Shown in pieces: positions 13,256 to 26,480 of a DNA stretch of 64,000 bases (position 1 is its first letter; the number at the start of each line of letters is the position of its first letter). The translations under genes were made by a program, and so were the position numbers. The notes beneath the pieces are model-generated. The model saw only the letters and a program-made list of their open reading frames with translations. It made no database searches and was not told the DNA's origin. This DNA comes from Octopus sinensis. Lineage: Eukaryota. The DNA lies in the NCBI RefSeq assembly GCF_006345805.1, contig NC_042997.1, positions 11,966,001 to 12,030,000 of the forward strand, in the 5' to 3' direction.

Positions 13256-14138
13256 TATTTTAGGTTATAATGCATATATAGAATATGAAAGTCGTTGCTG
13301 GTCGAGTCGAACTGTGAGTGATTACAACCTTCAGACTTACATATTCATGTTCCTTTCTCTGTCTCTTAAGTTTCATGCATTCGCCACAAAAATCTGTTTC
13401 CGTCAGTCATAAATGTCCAGTGTCGAGTGTTTTCGGAACGGACTTACGAAAAAAAAAAAAAAAGACCAAGCTGGAGTTATAGGGTTGTTACAAGCTTGAA
13501 ATCCGTGTCATCGGTTGCTATCACTCAAATCTCTATGACTCAGTTAATAAAGCATCTTACTATGTGAAGCTTAACTGATGTGAGCAACAGTTGAAATACG
13601 TATATGTTTCATGTTTTGTTTAGATTGTTAGTGTGAGAATCATGTAACCTGGATACCAAACACGAAGTAGAATAAGCTCTGGCCAAGCTAGCAAGACACT
13701 AAAAGACATTGTCTTCTGCTGTCTAAAAATCATGATAACCAAATAAGTGGAGATCGAACCGGTGAGTGTGTTAGATAATAAGGCATTAAGACAATATGAC
13801 CCTCCCTAGACGCAAAATGATTTGCTTCAACACACTAGTTCACATAAAGAATTTTGCAAACCAGATACAAAATCGAATGGAAAGAAGCCCGTAGTGTATA
13901 TATCTCTTATATAAAATCTGTTCTGTGTGTGTGTGTGTGTGTGTGTGTGTCTTCTAGGATCTTGGATATCCTCCATCCGATTGCGCTCAAATTTGATATG
14001 TAGATACCAACTGTGTCAGGGCGAGTGTGTATATGTTTTGAAAAAAATGACAAAATCGATTCCAGATGAGAATGCGATCGATAAAGCCGTGGGAAATCGT
14101 TTTTCTTTGGAATAGAAAAAAAGTCTATCTTTATTTCT

Positions 14139-14254
<116 letters not shown>

Positions 14255-14276
14255 ATGTGTGTGTGTGTGTGTGTGT

Positions 14277-14545
14277 GGAGGCGCAGCGGACTGGCGGTCG
14301 TGGGATCGCGGTTTCGATTCCCAGACCGGGCGTTGTGAGTGTTTATTGAGCGAAAACATCTAAAAGCTCCACGAGACTCCGGCAGGGGGTGGTGATCCCT
14401 GCTGTACTCTTTCACCACTCTTTCTCCCACTCTTTCTTCTGTTGGCCTGCTCGCTTAGCCAGCGGGGTGGCGTCATTCGAAGTCTAAAACAATGCGAACG
14501 CATTGTGACCAGCGATGTGTAACTACATCTGATGGACTGGTCGGA
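14277..14545 (+). mobile_element. tRNA-derived SINE family C (alternative 3' half)
   Basis: ggaggcgca...gggatcgcggtttcgattcccagaccgggcgttgtgag head shared with 38261; the 3' part differs (ttggcctgctcgcttagccagcgggg...). Confidence 0.85.
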
Positions 14546-14699
14546 AAAAAAAAAATATATATATATATATATATATGCACACATACACATGTTTGTGTAC
14601 CTGTGTGTCTGTGTGTTTGTCACCCATCACCGCTTGTTGATTTGTTTGTCCCCATATGTCGAACATGTCCGGCCTATATTTTCTCACCCAGTATTTTCC

Positions 14700-15357
14700 T
14701 TTAAATTCTACAATAGACTTTCTAGCAGCTTGTTCTACTACTTTTTCCCTAGTTAGCTCAGAGTTTTCATGGCAAATATAAGTACTTGTTGAATAGGATG
14801 GGGTTAATGAAGGAATAGTAGCTGGATATCTAGTTGTAAGAATTTTGGCTTGTTTTTTTTACCGGTCATATTGCTAAACCAATCTATTATCTCGTATGAG
14901 CTGGACCAGAGGTTAAGTTTTATAATGTTCCTTAGTGTTTGTATATATTTATCAATGATGTGTTAGCTTATTCTACCTAAGTCCGATCAAAGGACATATT
15001 AGTCTTACATAAGGGTTTGTACCGAAGTTTGGCTAGTGGTTTTTGAGGTTAATTCTAGAGGTTCTAGGCTGGTATGGCTCAGTTTTTCCCGCTAGTCTAT
15101 ATTTCTCCTTAATTTTCATAGCCTGCAGATTAAGGTTAGTTAAGCTGTTGGCATGGGTTACTTTATAGTTTTTCAGCAATTCTTCTTTGAGTAGTGTGTG
15201 ATATAAAGAGTATTTTAAATGGTACAGGTTACCAGTTCTATCTGCATGTACTAGGATCCCTTCTTTCTTCTTTACTTCCTTTACTAATGTGTGTAGTATC
15301 TTCGGTTGTTCGTTCTTCCGCAAGGAAAACCTGTGGAATTTGATGTTTTTAAAGATA
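14700..15357 (-). mobile_element. Penelope-like element RT fragment (possibly Naiad-type clade)
   Basis: ORF 15033-15323 and its continuation: LVHADRTGNLYHL...EELLKNYK...INLKNH*PNFGTNPYVRLICP...KNKPKFLQLDI, matching the PLE RT N-terminal pattern DKTxNxY / LKDHKPNF.NP.VRLIxP / KFLQFDI. Confidence 0.7.
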
Positions 15358-15744
15358 CCCTATTTTGCACACAGACGGACAAATCAACGCCGATGAAAAC
15401 ATAACCTCCTTCCTCGACGGAGGTAGAAATCCTAATTGTTAGATTCCCTCACAAACACGAACCATCTAACGGCCCACATATGATCTGTTGCATCTAAATT
15501 CCACATTTGTCGGGAATACGACGGTCTCCGCTCAGTAGCTAACTCCATGTCCGCGCCATATTGGCCCTTTCTTTGCACTTGGTACTTTTTCTCCTTTCAT
15601 CCCGATATATTCCATCTGACAGATTCAACACTCTTCGTTCAGTTAATACTTCCTAGAACTATAACCATCCGGAAGTTCTTTGTCAGCCACGTTGTTTCTG
15701 GCAGAAATAAACCCATATACGCTGAGCCTGACGACCAGCCACAT

Positions 15745-15935
15745 CATTCGCACGTCGCACAAAATGCTTAACGGTATTTCGTCCGTCTTTACGTTCTGAG
15801 TTCAAATGCCGCCGAGGTCGAATTAGCCTTTTATCCTTTTGGGTTCGATAAAATAAGTACCAGTCGAGTACTGTTGTCAATATAATCGACTATCGCCTTC
15901 CCCAAAATTTTAGGCCCTGAGCCTATAGTAGAAAA
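15745..15935 (+). mobile_element. SINE family A
   Basis: aaatgcttaacggtatttcgtccgtctttacgttctgagttcaaatgccgccgaggtcga... Confidence 0.8.
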
Positions 15936-16394
15936 GCTCATATTTATAAACAGTAGCTTTGGCAGTGGTTGGGAAATACGAAAGAGTTCAAGGCTAAGTG
16001 TATTTAGCTACGTCCCTTACTTTTTATGTTCCGATCTTTTTGAGGTCGATCGTGCTTTCATTACATCACAGTCGATAAAATAAATTCCAGTGAAATCAAT
16101 ACATCAACTTCAATGTAGTTTGTCCTTGTGTTAGCATTCAGGGTTATTGATTTCTACCACTTCCTCAGACACTTCTTTTAGCGGAGGGTATAGTCGATGA
16201 AATCATTCACAGCACTTGAGTGGTATTTTACTTTTTCGAACCCAGAATAAGGAAATGATAAGTTAATATCGTTAGCATTTGAAATCAGAACGCAAAGGAC
16301 TGTAACTTCATAACGCAAAGAATACTTTGCGATACGGTGCGGGTCTATAAAATCAAACCGGAAAATTAATATCATACATTATATAATTCGCTGT

Positions 16395-16655
16395 GGAGGC
16401 GCGTGGCTTAGTGGTTAGGGTGTCAGTACCATGATCGTTAGATTGTGGTTTCGATTCCTGGACCAGGCGACGCGTTGTGTTCTTGAACAAAACACTTCAT
16501 TTCACGTTGCTCCAGTCCACTCAGCTGGTAAAAAATGAGCAACGCTGCGATGGATTGGTGTCCCGTCCAGCTGAGGAACACATGTGCCATTGAAACCGGG
16601 GAACCGGGCCCATGAGCCTGGCTAGGCCTTAAAAAGGGCGCATTTATTTTATTTT
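16395..16655 (+). mobile_element. tRNA-derived SINE family D with target-site duplication
   Basis: A-box TGGCTTAGTGG, B-box GGTTTCGATTCC, central ttgtgttcttgaacaaaacactt...gctccagtccactcagctg; flanks ttatataattcgct / ttatatagttcgct (14 bp, 1 mismatch). Confidence 0.9.
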
Positions 16656-16730
16656 ATATAGTTCGCTTAGTCTATTTTGTTACTAGTAAGGGTTGTAGCT
16701 ACTTTTCATTCAGTGGATTTTGATAAAATG

Positions 16731-17686
16731 CGAGGGGTGGCTGAATAGTTCATAATTTGACCAAAATACTATCATGGAATGTGACAAAATGAATTTTGTT
16801 TTTCAACATAGTCTCCTTTGCGGTTCACATACGTCTTCCATCGGTGTTGTAGTGCTTGAATCTTATTGGTGAAGAAACCCTCATCCTGTTCGTCAAAAAA
16901 AGTCATCCATAACTAATATTTTCATCATCATTGCGATACTGGTTTTACAACTCTGAATTGTTTCATGTTAGGGAAGAAATGATAGTCAGATGGGGCCACA
17001 TCAGAAGAATCAGGAGAGTAATCAACCAGATCAAAGTTACAATCATGCACAGCAGCCATTGAAATCAAGGACTTATTTGCTGGAGTATTGTCCTGATGAA
17101 GCAAGACTCTCTTTGTCAGTTTTTCTGGGCGTTTGGTCTTGATGGCCTTTCGTAACTGCCTCTGCAAGTTAATATAGTACTCTAACATAATGCCTTTTAT
17201 ATCCCCTCCTCACAAAAAAACCGAGACCATCACCTACCATGCAGATGAAACGATCTTGGCCTTCTTTGGAGCAGATGAGGAGAGGAGTTTCCACTGCATG
17301 GATTATCTCATTGTTTAAATGATGACCCAACAGTCACCTTGGATTAGAAAACTTTCAAAAAAACCATCTAGATCTGCCTCAGACAATGTAAGATTTTCTC
17401 GTTATGTGATCAGTCTGGTGCGATTTTGATCAGGGGGGGGGGCAGAGAACGTGGCACCAACCGCGCAGAAACCTTCGTGAGGCCTAGTTCATTGTGTAGA
17501 ATATTCTCAAGTCTCTCATGGGATATGCTAATACCATTGGCTATTTGATTTATAGTCAATCGCATGTCTTTCATCGCTACGTGGTGAAAACAAACTTTGT
17601 TTTTCTTGGTGGTAGCAGTTTCTGGACGTCCAGACTCTAGTATCACTCTTTCATAGTCAGCCTATGAGCTTTTCAGCCCACCCTTG
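16731..17686 (-). mobile_element. Internally deleted mariner transposon with both TIRs
   Basis: TIRs cgaggggtggctgaatagttcata / tatgagcttttcagcccacccttg(TA). ORFs give SGRPETA..DMRLTINQIA.GISISHER...ARLVPR and LHQDNTPA...YSPDSSDVAPSDYHFFPNMK. Confidence 0.9.
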
Positions 17687-18539
17687 TAGATACTTCCTAA
17701 TACTAGGTAAGAATATAATTTCGCAGTTCCATGAGTTATTGTATGAAATGTATATTATTATTATTTCAGAGGGAAGCTGTACCACTGGGAATAGAAATAA
17801 ATTGAAATATTAATTCTAAAATGTTATTCGCTAATATTCACTTAAATTAATTCAATAACGATCACAAATGCAGTAACACCACAATTTGCCGTAATTTCAT
17901 TTTTGCAAACGAAAAGCTAAATTAAATAAAAATAAATAAATAAATGAAAATTACTTCATTATTCTCAACTTCTTGCAGATCTTGGAAATGATTCATCAAT
18001 TTGCTTTATCAAATATTTCTTAAGAATAAATTACAAAAAAAATGGGAAAATGTTCTGCAAGAACGGAGATAAAGAGCTAAAAGGACAAAGCCTGTGCCTA
18101 CAAAAAATCTCAGAGACTTGAAGGGACATAGATTGAAAACTGTACAATGTAAACATCAATTCCACTATTTCTACTACTCCCGACAACGTCAACACTGTAA
18201 ACGCAACGCAAACCCAATTTACACCCAAACGAAAAATAAGAACGACACTCGCAACGAGACATCATAAACTGCATGGTGATACAGACACATACCAGAGTTT
18301 ACGAACTATGTACATCAACATGCAAATATTACACTAATGACTACATCACACCAACAAATATACAAATTGTAAAAAAAATAAAAACAACTCACTTAAAGCG
18401 AAATATTCCGATGAAACGTTGGATTTTCAATGGACAATTACAAAAGAATATACACAATTTTACGGGTGTAAACACATGAATAAGATAAGCGATGCAATCT
18501 CATCCAACATGGTCTTACTGAGAATTAGCCGTGTAATTA

Positions 18540-19010
18540 CACTTGGCCTTTAGTCGCCTTGAAATCAAGGCCGTCTGTTCAACGACCTCAAGCCAGTAGA
18601 CATGCTGTGGTGGCGTTCAGCGAGAACAAAATTTCCGAGGCACGAGCCTTCACACCATTCCTCGACAGATGCGATATATACACATCTCTAAGTCGGTCAG
18701 GATTGGAAGACAACAGCACCGTGTTGTTTCGGACATGTGTGGATTTCGCAATATGAAGTGCCTTCCTTTCTCCAGAAGGCAAATCGATGGTCCTGAACGT
18801 GACCAAGAACAAAGGTCATACCTTCCGACTAGTAGTCGACTACACCTCAACAGGAGCAGTGCGAAAATATTTGTTTGGGCATCTTGACTGTTTCCTTGAA
18901 ACGTACCACTATTTAGCGTTAGTTGGGGATTGGAATGGGGATTGGAATGGTATCTTGGATACAAGCTGACAATGTGGGTTAGATGATATTAGAAGTGGGT
19001 ACAAAAGGTT
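18540..19010 (+). mobile_element. L1/Tx1-clade LINE AP-endonuclease fragment
   Basis: VVAFSENKI...EGKSMVLNV..GHTFRLVVDY...LALVGDWN(GDWN)GILD; APE GDWN motif with a 12-bp tandem duplication ggggattggaat. Confidence 0.75.
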
Positions 19011-19558
19011 AGCAAACTTGCATTCCCCATATCTTAGCCTACTCAATCAATTGTTTCATCATTTTTTATCACTAATCCTTGGAAGCTAAGTTCAGTCTTT
19101 CTGGGTATCGAAACTTTTTTAGGCTGAACCATGGTTCGTACAAGCCAATTTCCCATGTAATTTTCTCAACAATTGTAAGTAAACGCTTATAGCCAAGGAA
19201 AACGCTAGTGATCATACCATGCACTCTAAATTCAATTACTTTAGGAAATCTGTTGGAAACCCAAATTCATGCAGTGCAATATGCAATGATCACAGGACTG
19301 AATTACAGAAGTGCAGTTTGTGAAACACGGGAACATTGACATTTACTTCGGAGTGTTTATCAAATATCAAGAATAAAGGAGCTATAATTTATAACTATTA
19401 TTATTTATTTCTAAACTATTCTAAATCAAGTCTTTATCAATTTCCAAATCATTCAAGAAAATCTTAGATCTTATCCATACAATTCAATTAGCCCGGCTAA
19501 TATGTTAATGAATTTCCATCACTTTAAAGGCCCTCGGGTTAATAAACTTAGCAATTAC

Positions 19559-19667
19559 CATTCAAGAACTGCTAGAGCTTCTTTTGAATCTTTTCTCTCA
19601 GACAAAGCCAGCTTATTTTTGAGGGCTATAGGTTCTCCAAACTTTAAATGTTTCTGATTTACATTTT
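19559..19667 (-). CDS. Candidate internal exon, unknown gene
   Basis: Very strong acceptor (ttttcttttgccattttttttttttgcag) and donor G|gtaatt; 109 nt open in one frame only: (E)NVNQKHLKFGEPIALKNKLALSERKDSKEALAVLE, phase 1 to 2. Confidence 0.4.
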
Positions 19668-20004
19668 CTGCAAAAAAAAAAAATGGCAAAAGAAAAAAAA
19701 ACTTTAAAATTGTTTTTTTCTTTTACTTCTTTAAGATATGTGATTATAGTCGAGGATCCGATCCCGTAGTGCTCACACAAAGTCGCTAGTTCCAGTTAAT
19801 TCATTTCTTTACTAGGTTTAGCGCTTTATGTGCAAATAATGATCTATATTTACGTTAATTCGTACCAAAGTCATCATTTGCATCTCTTAGTCTCTTGGAT
19901 GACATTTAACTAAACTCCAGCTAAACATCCGAAATAATATTTAGCAGTAATTTTGAGTAGAAGAGATTTGTCGTTAACTTCGACCCAGGTACATGATTGG
20001 TCCT

Positions 20005-20355
20005 TTGTTACCTCGCCTTATTGTTTTCAGTCGTGTTTGTTTGTTTGTTTGTCTGTGGATAAGATATCTCAAGAACTGCAGAATGGACTCGGATGAAACT
20101 TTCAGGGATGTTTGGCCTCGTAACTGGCACGAACTGATTAGATTTTGGGATCGATTTGGTACCGGACAAGGATTCTGGATTGCTTTTCCTGTTTGTTTGT
20201 TTTTTTACTTAGTTTTTGAGAGCAGTTCGGTTCATTTTTAGTATTCTCGTTTGTGAGAATATCTCGTTCAGATATTCTCATTTTAAAGATCATCTCTGGC
20301 TAGTCTTTGAGAAGATGTTGGTGTTGTCTTGGCGGAGGTTTGTGCTCTCTTAGTG
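20005..20355 (+). mobile_element. Non-autonomous DNA element of the ttacctc(c)gcc...ttggcggaggt type (Crypton-like assignment tentative)
   Basis: Starts gttacctcgcc, has (GTTT)n and gatgaaactttcaggg, ends cttggcggaggtttgtgctctc..agtgc. A related end (cataacctcctt..cggaggta) lies at ~15400-15427. Confidence 0.5.
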
Positions 20356-21829
20356 CTCCTGCTTTATCAATAATTTGTGTTTAAAGGAACACAAACTTAT
20401 TCAAGTTTATTCTCATTGATGTTTATTCTCATGAAGTTTATTCTCATTATGGTCATATAGTTGAAGTTTTTTTTATTTACTCTACTTTAGAAAATTCTAA
20501 CGAGAAGCTAACAACATTATAAAACCGTGACTATCATGGGGAACGCCTCAATAAATAATGACTCCACTCGAGAATTTCTGCCTAATCTACAATATACAGC
20601 TCAAACATTAGCTACCTTACACTACCTCTGCAGTATTAGCTGAGAGATTTGAAGAGATTTCGTGTACAGAATCAATGAGCTTAGCCAAACTCCAGTCTTA
20701 GATAGAAAATTACCACGGAATATGCGTTCAACTGAACATCTTTTGACCGCTTATTTCCACGCTGCAGTTCATTTAGATATAAAAAAAAACTTTCGGTTAC
20801 AGCAACAGTGCAACCGATGAAAAAAAGAGAGAAAAATCTGAGTAAATCCACAGTATTTCGAAGAGGAAAGAGCAGTTCTAGCAAGGGAATACAAGAAAAT
20901 GCAAAGTGGAGATTAAGCAGTTGTTTAACAAGGCAGATATCCATTCTATGGTTTGTAAGTAAATAGACGGCACAGTGTGGTTGCGACTTCATTATTAATA
21001 GGGCATGTGAACAAGAATTGCAATTGACAAAATAAAAACAACAACCTTTTCTACTATTTGATATGTTTCGGTTGGAGTCTAAAGAAGCATCAACAAAATT
21101 CACTATTCCAGAGCTGCATGTTTCCTTTCTATCGAAACTAGCCGTAGGAAATATAAAGTTATTGACTAACGTTTAGTGGCGAACGGATTGCCATAAGTTC
21201 CTGTCAAGTTATTACAAGCCAACCCTTGGCTAAATTTGCCAAGGGTGATGTTAGGGCGTGGAAAAACAGTAGAAATACGTTTTGGTCTCCACAGAAAACA
21301 ATGCCAATCAATCAGAATCCAATAGCACATTCCAGTTTCATGGTGCCTAAAGCGACTGTAAATGTTTGTTTCTGATTGGTCAATTTGAAATTCCCTTGGT
21401 ACCTACCAGAGTACTTTAAGTGCGTTCAATAATTGTATAAAAGCGTGAAAGCACTTACTGTAGACTTAGGTCTCGCTGCAGTTTACTGGGGGAAGTATTT
21501 CTGAATGTTTGGAGAACTTAGAGAGATATGACGTAGGGAAGTCGAGCTTAGATATAGAGAAAGAGCAAAAGTCAACCATAACCGATTATTAGGAAATGAT
21601 CTGGGCAAAAACTGTAGAAAAAAATATTATATAGTATCCTATTTTGTTTTTGACGATTCAATCGAAGGTGCTTTGTTTCAATAAAATGCGTACCAGTAAT
21701 ATACTTGTCTCAAGACAATTTGTTATAGCCAGGCATTTTACGAAATCTTTTTGCTTATTAAAATATGTCACGATTATGTTTCATCACACTAATAATGATT
21801 CCATAAATACTACCACTACTACTAATAAT

Positions 21830-22045
21830 AATAGTTTCAAATTTTGGCACAAAGCCAAAAATTGCGGGGAGGGGGGAAAAGTCGATTACATGGACCTCCA
21901 GTATCTAACTGATATTTATTTTATCGACCTCGAAAAGACGAAAGGCAACGTTGACCGCAGCGGAATTTGAACTCAGAACCTAAAGACAGAAGAACTGCCA
22001 CTAAGAATTTTAACAAGTGTGCTAGCAATTCTGTCTGGCCGCTGC
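21830..22045 (-). mobile_element. SINE family A
   Basis: gtcgattacatggacc...ttatcgacctcgaaaagacgaaaggcaacgttgaccgcagcggaatttgaactcagaac. Confidence 0.8.
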
Positions 22046-22064
22046 TTTAATAATAACAATAATA

Positions 22065-22695
22065 ATCCTTTCTACTAAAGGTACAAGGCCTGAAATTTGA
22101 GAGGGGAAGAGGGGTAGTCGATTACATCGACTCCAGTGTTCAACTGGTACTTATTTCGTCGAATCCAAAAGGACGAAGGATCTGAAGATTTTGACCCTAG
22201 TGGTAGCTAAGCGGATGGCACCTGTCGATACTCTGATGGGTGAGGCTCAAGCATCAAACTAAGCATAGCAATTCGTGACAACCTCCAATTCACGCGATAC
22301 ATGATAGAAAGGCTGAGTATCGATGGGGGCTTGGTCAGTTTAGATCAGTGAAAATCTTTCATTAGATTCAAATATTTGCCGGCTGCATGGAGGCAGATGG
22401 TTTCGATCCGGAAATAAGGTTGGATACCTGCCATGTATTGCAACATTTGCTTGGTTGTCTGAGTAATCAACCGTCTGTCCGAATCGTTCAACATCATGCA
22501 GTTCGTCTGTAAAGTGTGCCCCATCTCACACTTTTGCACGTACCAATGTTAGAGCCACTGCTACAGAAGATGGAGAATTGGTGGTGCATCGCGCAAGAAT
22601 TAAGTCAACTTCGGTAGAATTTGAACTCAGAACGTAAAGACGAACTAAATGCCGCTAAGCACGTTGTGCTAACGATTCTGCCAGCTCGCTGCCTT
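22065..22695 (-). mobile_element. SINE family A split by a 428-bp LINE-derived insert
   Basis: SINE body ends ...ggacgaagga at 22180 and resumes aagtcaacttcggtagaatttgaactc at ~22602. Confidence 0.85.
22179..22606 (+). repeat. Copy of an internal Tx1 RT segment (24902-25326)
   Basis: About 95% identical by eye from gatctgaagattttgacc to gcaagaattaagtc. Confidence 0.95.
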
Positions 22696-22717
22696 AATAA
22701 TAATAATAATAATAATA

Positions 22718-22760
<43 letters not shown>

Positions 22761-23343
22761 TAATAAGAAGAAGAAGAAGAAGAAGAAGAAGAATGACGTG
22801 ATGATGATAATGATGATGATATTAATAATTATTATCATTGCTGTCATTAATGGTGTTATTATCATCGTCATTATCACTATCCTTATTGTTTTTGGTATAA
22901 ACATTAAAATCATCATCACCGCCATTATTACCGCCGCCGCCGCCATCGCCACTACCACCACCATCACCATCACCACTACCACCATCACCATCACCACTAC
23001 CACCACTACCAGCAGCACTATCATCATCACCATCATCATCATCATCATCAACAACAACATCTCTTCTTTATAACAACTAATAAGAAAACTGCGGGGAAAT
23101 ATATATCCGTTACCTAAGTAAGATTCTGTCTGGAAGGTTAGGTTTTACATTAAAACAAATTGTTTATATTGTGCTGCTTTGACATTCCATATATGGGAAA
23201 TTGACAAAACTCTAATCAAAGTGCCCGTCGGAAATATAAAATTATTGACTAGCGTTTCGAGGTGGTACGTCCACTAATTACAAAGAAGACTAGCGGCGAT
23301 GTTGTTTTCATTGGGAAACAATCATGTTAAAAGCAAGTCACAC

Positions 23344-23423
23344 TGTATTGGCCCCCAGGATCCATCCATATAGTAGTAGAAGTGATTTCAAGAACATTAA
23401 TGATTTACATGTGATTTTCCATT
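23344..23423 (-). CDS. Candidate exon encoding a signal-peptide-like start
   Basis: Acceptor gtcttttttttttttttggcag; ATG at 23397 gives [18 protein letters not shown], followed by a weak gtgtga donor or a stop. Confidence 0.25.
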
Positions 23424-23511
23424 CTGCCAAAAAAAAAAAAAAGACAACAACAACGATAACAACAAAATATACAAATAACAGACATAAAATGAAATAAACG
23501 ATATTAGTTAT

Positions 23512-23568
<57 letters not shown>

Positions 23569-23715
23569 GCATGTATGTATGTGGAATAAAATATAAGATG
23601 AAATTCTGAAGCTGTATCCGACTGATTCTAAAGAAGAGTAAAATTGAAGTGAGCTGAATTGAAAAATACCTTTCAGCAAATGAATGAGAATTACAGCGTA
23701 ATTTAGAATTCCTTC

Positions 23716-23853
<138 letters not shown>

Positions 23854-23888
23854 ACATATATGTATACATATATATAGATACATATGTG

Positions 23889-23958
<70 letters not shown>

Positions 23959-24659
23959 TATATATATCACACACACTCACGCATATGTAGACATCTGCAT
24001 GAAGCTTGCTAGCTCTGGCTACATGTAAGGGAGCTTACCGCTTTTGTTCTGCTTCAGTTTTCTCCACAAATATCTTAAAACGTACATTTTTACCACTAGC
24101 AGTCTTATCAATATATTTAATTTAAATATATTTCTCCTATATCTCTTCTACGCAAATTGCTTTTTCTTCATTTCTTTTAAAATAAAAAATTGTCATCCTG
24201 TATGTCATAGTATTAATATATTTTATTGAAATTTCTTCATTTATATCCTCCTTTTTTTTCTCCCATCTCTGCTTGCTTTTACTTATTTTAACCTCAGATG
24301 CCAATATCCAACTGGAAAACTTCATAATGCACCCCAATTTCTTTATACACTCAAGCTATCTCCATTTTCTTCTCTTTCCCTCATTTATCTTTATCTATTT
24401 TCTGACATTGTTTTAGCTGCTTTGTTATCATTATCAGCTGCCTTATCTTAATCAATATTATTAATATTATTATGATTATTTTTTACGCTGTTATCTCTAT
24501 AATTCAAGGTTGTGAAATACATTAAGATTTTCCTTTCTAGCATCACGAATTCAGTACATCTCGGTGAAGATTCATATAAGTGTTCAAGGTTAACGAAAAC
24601 ATTAAAGTTTGACTAGAAAGTTGAAAGGAAAACAATAATAAAAGCAGCCAAAAGCCAAA

Positions 24660-26480
24660 GCGATGATGGACAGCACGATGGAGAAGTCGCCGAGGCTGCA
24701 TGATCTGCCGAGATTGGATGATCTGCCGAGGTTGGATGATCTACATCATCTGCCTATCCTCGTATACCAAGTGTCTACTATAACTGGCAACCGAATGGGA
24801 AAATTTCGTGTGTGAAAAGTGGTGTGATGTTGTCGCTGAAAATGGACACGAAGAAGGGGAATGATTTTAACAACTTCAAGTCCATAACTATTCTAAATGA
24901 CGATCTGAAGATTTTGACCTAAGTGGTAGCTAAGCGGATGACACTTGCCGATACTCTGATGGGTGAGGCTCAAGCGTCAAACTAAGCATAGCAATTCGTG
25001 ACAACCTCCAATTCACGTGATACATCATAGAAAGGCTGAGTATCGATGGGGGCTTGGTCAGTTTAGATCAGTGAAAATCTTTCATTAGATTCAAATATTT
25101 GCCGGCTGCATGAAGGCAGATGGTTTCGATCCGGAAATAAGGTTGGATACCTGCCATGTATTGCGACATTTGCTTGGTGGTCTGAGTAATCAACCGTCTG
25201 TCCGAATCGTTATATATGCAGTTCATCTGTAAAGTGTGCCCCATCTCACACTTTTGCACGTACCAATGTTAGAGCCACTGCTACAGAAGATGGAGAATTG
25301 GTGGTGCATCGCGCAAGAATTAAGTCGCGGAAGATCCGTCTATGCACATGTGGACCTCGTCACCATAACAGTGTCGAATATTAAACACATCGAGGTAATC
25401 GGCACAACTCGAATAGAATATAAGGCGGCAGCAGAAGCAAAAATTAACCTGGAAAAGTTGCTGACAAGCTGATCGGCACCTGGTGGGGTTTCTTGGACGG
25501 TGGACAGACGGACTGGTTAAATTGCTCGGGTCGTAGACTGGTCCACACATACAGGAGGAAAAGAACTGGGAAAAGATGACGAGCAAGTTAGCTAGTGTCA
25601 CCTAGAAATGGGCTGAGAGGAAACTAACCCTGAATGGTCGGACAGAGGTGGCGAATGCCTCGACAGCATTCGTCAGCAACTAGCACCTGATCATCGTGCC
25701 TTGCTCCACTTCATAGAATACCTTCGTTTTTCGTTTTTTGTGGAGGGGACGCGTCCTTGACGTCGAGCGTGTGTGGTCATCATTTCGTAGAAACACAGTC
25801 TCGCAGCTTGTCTTTTTGATATGCAGACAGAGATGGGGTGGTTGATATGCTATTGAATGCCACCAAATGCTCACAGTCCTTTGTTAGTCGGGCAGTGCGG
25901 TCGGTGGATGTTCCACTATAGTGTTCTGTAGAGGAATAGTGGTAGTTTAAAACGACGAAGCCTTCGGAGAATCTCCGGGTATAGATGAATATCTACTACT
26001 TGGTTTCTAAGGAAGAATTTCGCACCGAATTTATGGATAATTTCTAGAAATCCCTGACCTCGTGGTGCCACCTGGTTGATGGTTGGAATTTCCTGTTTTG
26101 GGATAAACTCTACAAGCATGGCAGTGCCGTCAGTCGCACCCGCTCGAGATGCGTTCCAAGCAATTTTGTCCTTCATACAACATATTTCGTCATAGCCACC
26201 TAACTGAGGAAAACTGCCAGCCCTTCTTGACCAAAGGAAGGGGTTAGGGTTAACATAGAAGTCGGAAAATAGATCTGTCCTACGTAGGAAAGCAAATATT
26301 TGACAACTACACAAGTCAGCAATGCTCTAATACTGCTTTAGTGCGTGCAGGACGGTTTCATCGCTTGGAATGCATCTCGCTCAGGTACGACTAACGGTAC
26401 TACCATGCTTGTAGAGTTTATCCCAAACCGGCAGTTCCAACCACCACCTTCGGTAGCACTGCGAGGTTAGGGATTTCTAG
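24660..26480 (+). mobile_element. Degenerate L1/Tx1-clade LINE, reverse transcriptase region
   Basis: NFKSITILNDDLKIL..VAKR, CPIS(H)..LEPLLQK, SVYAHVDLVTITVS (YADD equivalent), AKINLEK, VKLLGS/WF-like segments; frameshifted throughout. Confidence 0.9.

Noticed and set aside
20681-21103. 140-aa minus ORF and an overlapping plus-strand exon (20803-20954, gtaagt donor)
   Set aside because: No recognisable domain on either strand and no phase-compatible neighbours identified; left unassigned.
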